Source of the DNA: Octopus sinensis
Taxonomy: Eukaryota
Reading direction: 5' to 3'
DNA length: 40,706 nt
NCBI RefSeq assembly: GCF_006345805.1
Contig: NW_021829677.1
Location: forward strand, 1 to 40,706
Both the position numbers and the translations under genes were made by a program. Each line of letters starts with the position of its first letter. Within the stretch, counting starts at the first letter, position 1. The notes beneath the pieces are model-generated. The model was not told where the DNA came from, searched no databases, and saw only the letters and a program-made list of their open reading frames with translations. Positions 36,799 through 40,706 of the stretch are shown here, in pieces.

Positions 36799-37574
36799 CA
36801 CACACACACATATATATACACACACATACATGCATATACATTCATACATCCGCCTATTCGTAGACAAATATATCAATGATACACACATAAATTCATACAC
36901 AATTTTATTTATCACATTCATTTCATTGACTTTTCTTCTGAATAGAAAATGTTTTGATTTAATGTGTGTATGTCCGTCTATGAACGTTATGTGCGTAAGT
37001 CGGTATTTTGTGAGTCTGTGTGTGCAGTTGTCAATTTAATAACGAGAGTCAACTATCCTCTTGATTTACAAAAGTAACATATTATGATGTATGATTTATA
37101 TGTAAGAAGTTTAAGTCTTCCTGGAGAAAAAACACACCACAGCCAGCAAAACTAGTTAATGCCGCAAACAGCATAGAGTAATATATAAGTTAACATGGAC
37201 AAACGGCACGCCCTTTTCTTTTGTGAGATATAAGATTTGGTTGTCCATATTGTCTCCTCTCTTCTGCTGCTTTATTGTTGCTCTCGTTTATAACAACCAA
37301 CCGGTTACATATGCGCCACAAGTATGCTAAAGCCCATGTATCAAGGCAGATTGCATCGCTCGCTCAACATGCTAGTAAATAAATCACTACGAAATTTTCC
37401 CTCGCCCCAACCATGCTCTGCTATCATTAATAAATAGGACCTCCCTGTATATGTAAAGAACCCGGATTGGTCCCGCCCGCAATGATTTTGAGTAAAAGAT
37501 ATGCTCAGGGAGGGCTGACCGTGAGTTAACACAACCATATCCAGATGACTGATAATTTAAGGAAAAAAAAATTG

Positions 37575-37709
37575 TTCTGTTTATCATTCACTTGTTTCAA
37601 TCATTTGAACGCAGCCATTTTTAAAATCTGGCATTTATTCTATCGGTTTCTTTTGCCGAACAGCTACGTTATAGGAAAAGACACACACAACACACACACA
37701 CACACACAC

Positions 37710-37797
<88 letters not shown>

Positions 37798-37848
37798 TAT
37801 ATAAATATATATATATTAATATATACATACATATATATATATATAATA

Positions 37849-37891
<43 letters not shown>

Positions 37892-38050
37892 ATATATATA
37901 GATGACGGGCTTCTACATTGTTTCCGCCAGCCAAATTAAATTCATTTATAAGGCATTGATCGGCCCTAGAGCTCAAATTGTGTGCTGTGGGACTGAAATC
38001 GAAAACACATTGATTGCAAATTGCAATGCGAGCTTCTAAACCACACAACC
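37575..38050 (-). mobile_element. SINE family A, decayed, with a large internal (CA)n/(TA)n expansion
   Basis: Tail cttgtttcaatcatttgaacgcagccat; body tattctatcggtttcttttgccgaacagcta and gacgggcttct; head gtgggactgaa...aaaccacacaacc. Confidence 0.75.
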
Positions 38051-38899
38051 AAACCAGCGCCCGTATCTGGATAAAGGAATTTATGAATTTAATCATAATA
38101 CGTTTCCACCGTAACTATCACGACTTAAGTATTTTAATGATGTAGTACCCATGTTAATTCTGGTATATTGACATATATTTTGCTGATACATTGAGCCAGA
38201 GAAAGACAACATAAAACATCTTACTCGGAGGCTTGTTTATTATTTCTACAAGTACTTTACTTTATTGATTGGCTCACTCATGGTAAACGAACCAAAGCAT
38301 TTTAACCGTTCTGCAAATACGTAAGAAGCAATTGAACATTATCTCTGTCTACCTCTTCCACCATTTGCCTTTTTTTCGTTCTCTTCTTTTCTCTTCATAT
38401 TTAAGTGTTTCCCTTTGGTTCGCCTTCTAGAACACTATCGCACTAAGTCATACACATTTGCATCCCTCCTTCTCTCACTCTGGAATTTTATTTTTTTAAT
38501 TATTTTTCTTAGAGCCAAGTCAGCCGATTCATATACACTGACTTGAGTGCACGTGGATCATTATCTTAAGCGACGTCTACCCAATTTATAACATTACCAA
38601 TAATCTAATCCTCGGATCAACAGACTCATTTCCTCGTGAAATATATGATCAACCAAATCCCATTTAAAGGTCATATAATTGTCAAATGTCGTTTTCGCGC
38701 TCTCATCGCATCTATAAACACAATGGCATGCTTAAGTTGCTTCGATATATAAATTACTCTACGGAAGAGTGAAATTGATTTACGGCCAATTGGCAGTGAT
38801 TCAAGCAGATCCCAGAAAGTTAAACTGGATGAAGCCAGACAACAATTTCAATGGGTGACCACTTGTAAAACTCATCAATTGCCTTAAACTTCTTCGTCA

Positions 38900-39082
38900 T
38901 ATTATCATTATTATTATTATTACTATTATTATTATTATTGTTGTTGTTGTTGTTATTGTTGTTGTTGTTGATGTAGTAGTTACTGTTGTTGTTATTGTTG
39001 TTGCTGTTATTACCATCGTCGTCGTCGTCATCATCATCATCACCATCATCATAATTATCATTATTATTATCAGTAGTAGTAA

Positions 39083-39137
<55 letters not shown>
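38900..39137. repeat. Compound (ATT)/(GTT)/(ATC)/(TAG) trinucleotide microsatellite
   Basis: Direct reading; produces the poly-T/D/N ORF 38820..39191. Confidence 0.95.
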
Positions 39138-39138
<1 letters not shown>

Positions 39139-39304
39139 AGGTGGCGGGCTTGTAGAATCGTTAGCACACCGGACAAACAGCATAGCGACATTTCGTCCGT
39201 CTTAACGTTCCTAGTTCACATTCCACCGCAGTCGACTCTGCCTTTTCATCATTTCGGTGTGTATAAAAGAAGAATTAGTCAAGTGTACTGCGGTCGATAT
39301 AATC
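39138..39304 (+). mobile_element. SINE family B, 5' part
   Basis: ggtggcgggcttgtagaatcgttagcacaccggacaaa...atttcgtccgtcttaacgttcctagttcacattcc...gtcgactctgccttttcatcatttcgg. Confidence 0.82.
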
Positions 39305-40249
39305 ACCTTTTATCCTTACCGCTTTCTACTGTTGTGGCTAATTTAGAAATGGTTTATTTAAGGCGATGGATTGGTTAAATACTTGACGAGTTATTAGAAG
39401 AGCTTTGCATTATTCCAATAAAATATGGTAATATATCATGTACTGGAGTTTATAGTATCGACTAAGACACTCATTCAAAATTAATAGCATTCTTGTGATG
39501 ATTATTTGAAAGCGATGAAGAATCAGTCAAAATATGCATTGGGTACGCTCCTTTACGTATTGACTTCAAATTCTGTCGCGGTCGAATTTGTATTTCCTCG
39601 TTCCACGATTGACACCAGTAAAGAAGTGAGGACCATACAAGCGAGTACTACCCGTACCCTTTAATATCTTTGATGTATTAGGAATTACTATGTTTATTGC
39701 TCTGCCAAGCTCCATTCTACCTAGTTACATGTAGGGAAAACCTTTATGGTGTAATTCCAGTTGGAAATGGTGGTGCAGGTCTGTAAAATTAATTAGTCCT
39801 TGATTAGACTATGGTTGATTGTAAAACCTTCTATGAGAATTTTATGATTCGGGACAGAGAGCTATAATGCAGCTGGCTAATGTAGCCTAAATAGGCTTCA
39901 TATAGAATAGTTTTGAGATGTGTTCTTAACGACCTGGCGTGCTATGGTACTGAAACATTCACGTACGCGCACATTCATCATCAAAACCAATATACAAAAA
40001 CAAACATATACTTGAGCATATGTACGTATGTATGCATTTAAGTATGTATGTACGTAAATGTGGTTAAGTGTGTGTGTAACTATGCACTTATGCATGTGGT
40101 TGAGAGTGAAAGAGAAGGAGGAGAATAACTGGAAAAAATGGAATAAAAATACTAAAGAGTGAGAGAGAGAAGGAGAGAGAGAGAAAGAAATATGTAGGAA
40201 GTGGTCATATTTATACTTAATTGCACCAAACAAACAATATATATTTAGT

Positions 40250-40298
40250 TAAATAAATGAACAACAGTGATAATAATAACAGCAACAACAACAACAAC

Positions 40299-40347
<49 letters not shown>

Positions 40348-40420
40348 TAATAATAATGATGATAATAATATCAATAATAATAATAACGATAATAATAATA
40401 ATGATACTAAGAAAAATAAT
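40250..40420. repeat. (AAC)n/(AAT)n microsatellite
   Basis: Direct reading. Confidence 0.94.
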
Positions 40421-40706
40421 ATAATGAAAAATAAAACTAAGATAATTGCAAAATGAAATGGTGCAACACTTTAAATGAAATGGTCCGTTGGATAAAGAAA
40501 TGGAAATAAATATCAATCTTGATTTTTAAGGATTATTTAGATTGACTGTTCTCGTTAGAGGTTTTTATAAAATGCCTCAAAGAATTCTGAAATTTACCCA
40601 ACACAAACTAAAAATTTGTTCAAAATAAGTTCAAATTTGTAGTTTGTGTTGAAGATGTGAAGTGCCAACTCAACAGACACAACAGACGAAATCGCTTTCA
40701 TAAATC

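Overview
This is an AT-rich, microsatellite-saturated eukaryotic window with no recognisable intact protein-coding gene, rRNA or true tRNA gene. Almost all ORFs in the supplied track are translations of (TA)n, (CA)n, (GA)n, (GATA)n, (TATG)n, (AAT)n or (TTC)n tracts. The interspersed repeats are tRNA-derived SINEs of at least three head types, several sharing a GGTGC(C/T)CCAGCATGGCCGCAG 3' tail. From memory they match octopus repeat families, so the window is probably intronic or intergenic octopus DNA (inference, no database search done). Other supported elements are a CR1-group-like LINE ORF2 3' fragment with its 3' UTR nested inside a SINE, a solo mariner-like terminal repeat, a ~412-bp near-identical tandem duplication and a ~185-bp internal SINE triplication. 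The best novelty candidate is a near-canonical type I hammerhead-ribozyme fold at 20964-21042, inside a highly base-paired ~180-bp island flanked by microsatellites. A decayed Penelope-type minimal hammerhead motif lies at 3805-3832. Also notable are a LINE 3' UTR carrying the same tail as the SINEs (candidate SINE-LINE partnership), a 34-nt near-identical inverted fragment inside an old SINE, a 19-bp hairpin, and a CpG-rich island at ~30880-31250 with unverified candidate exons.
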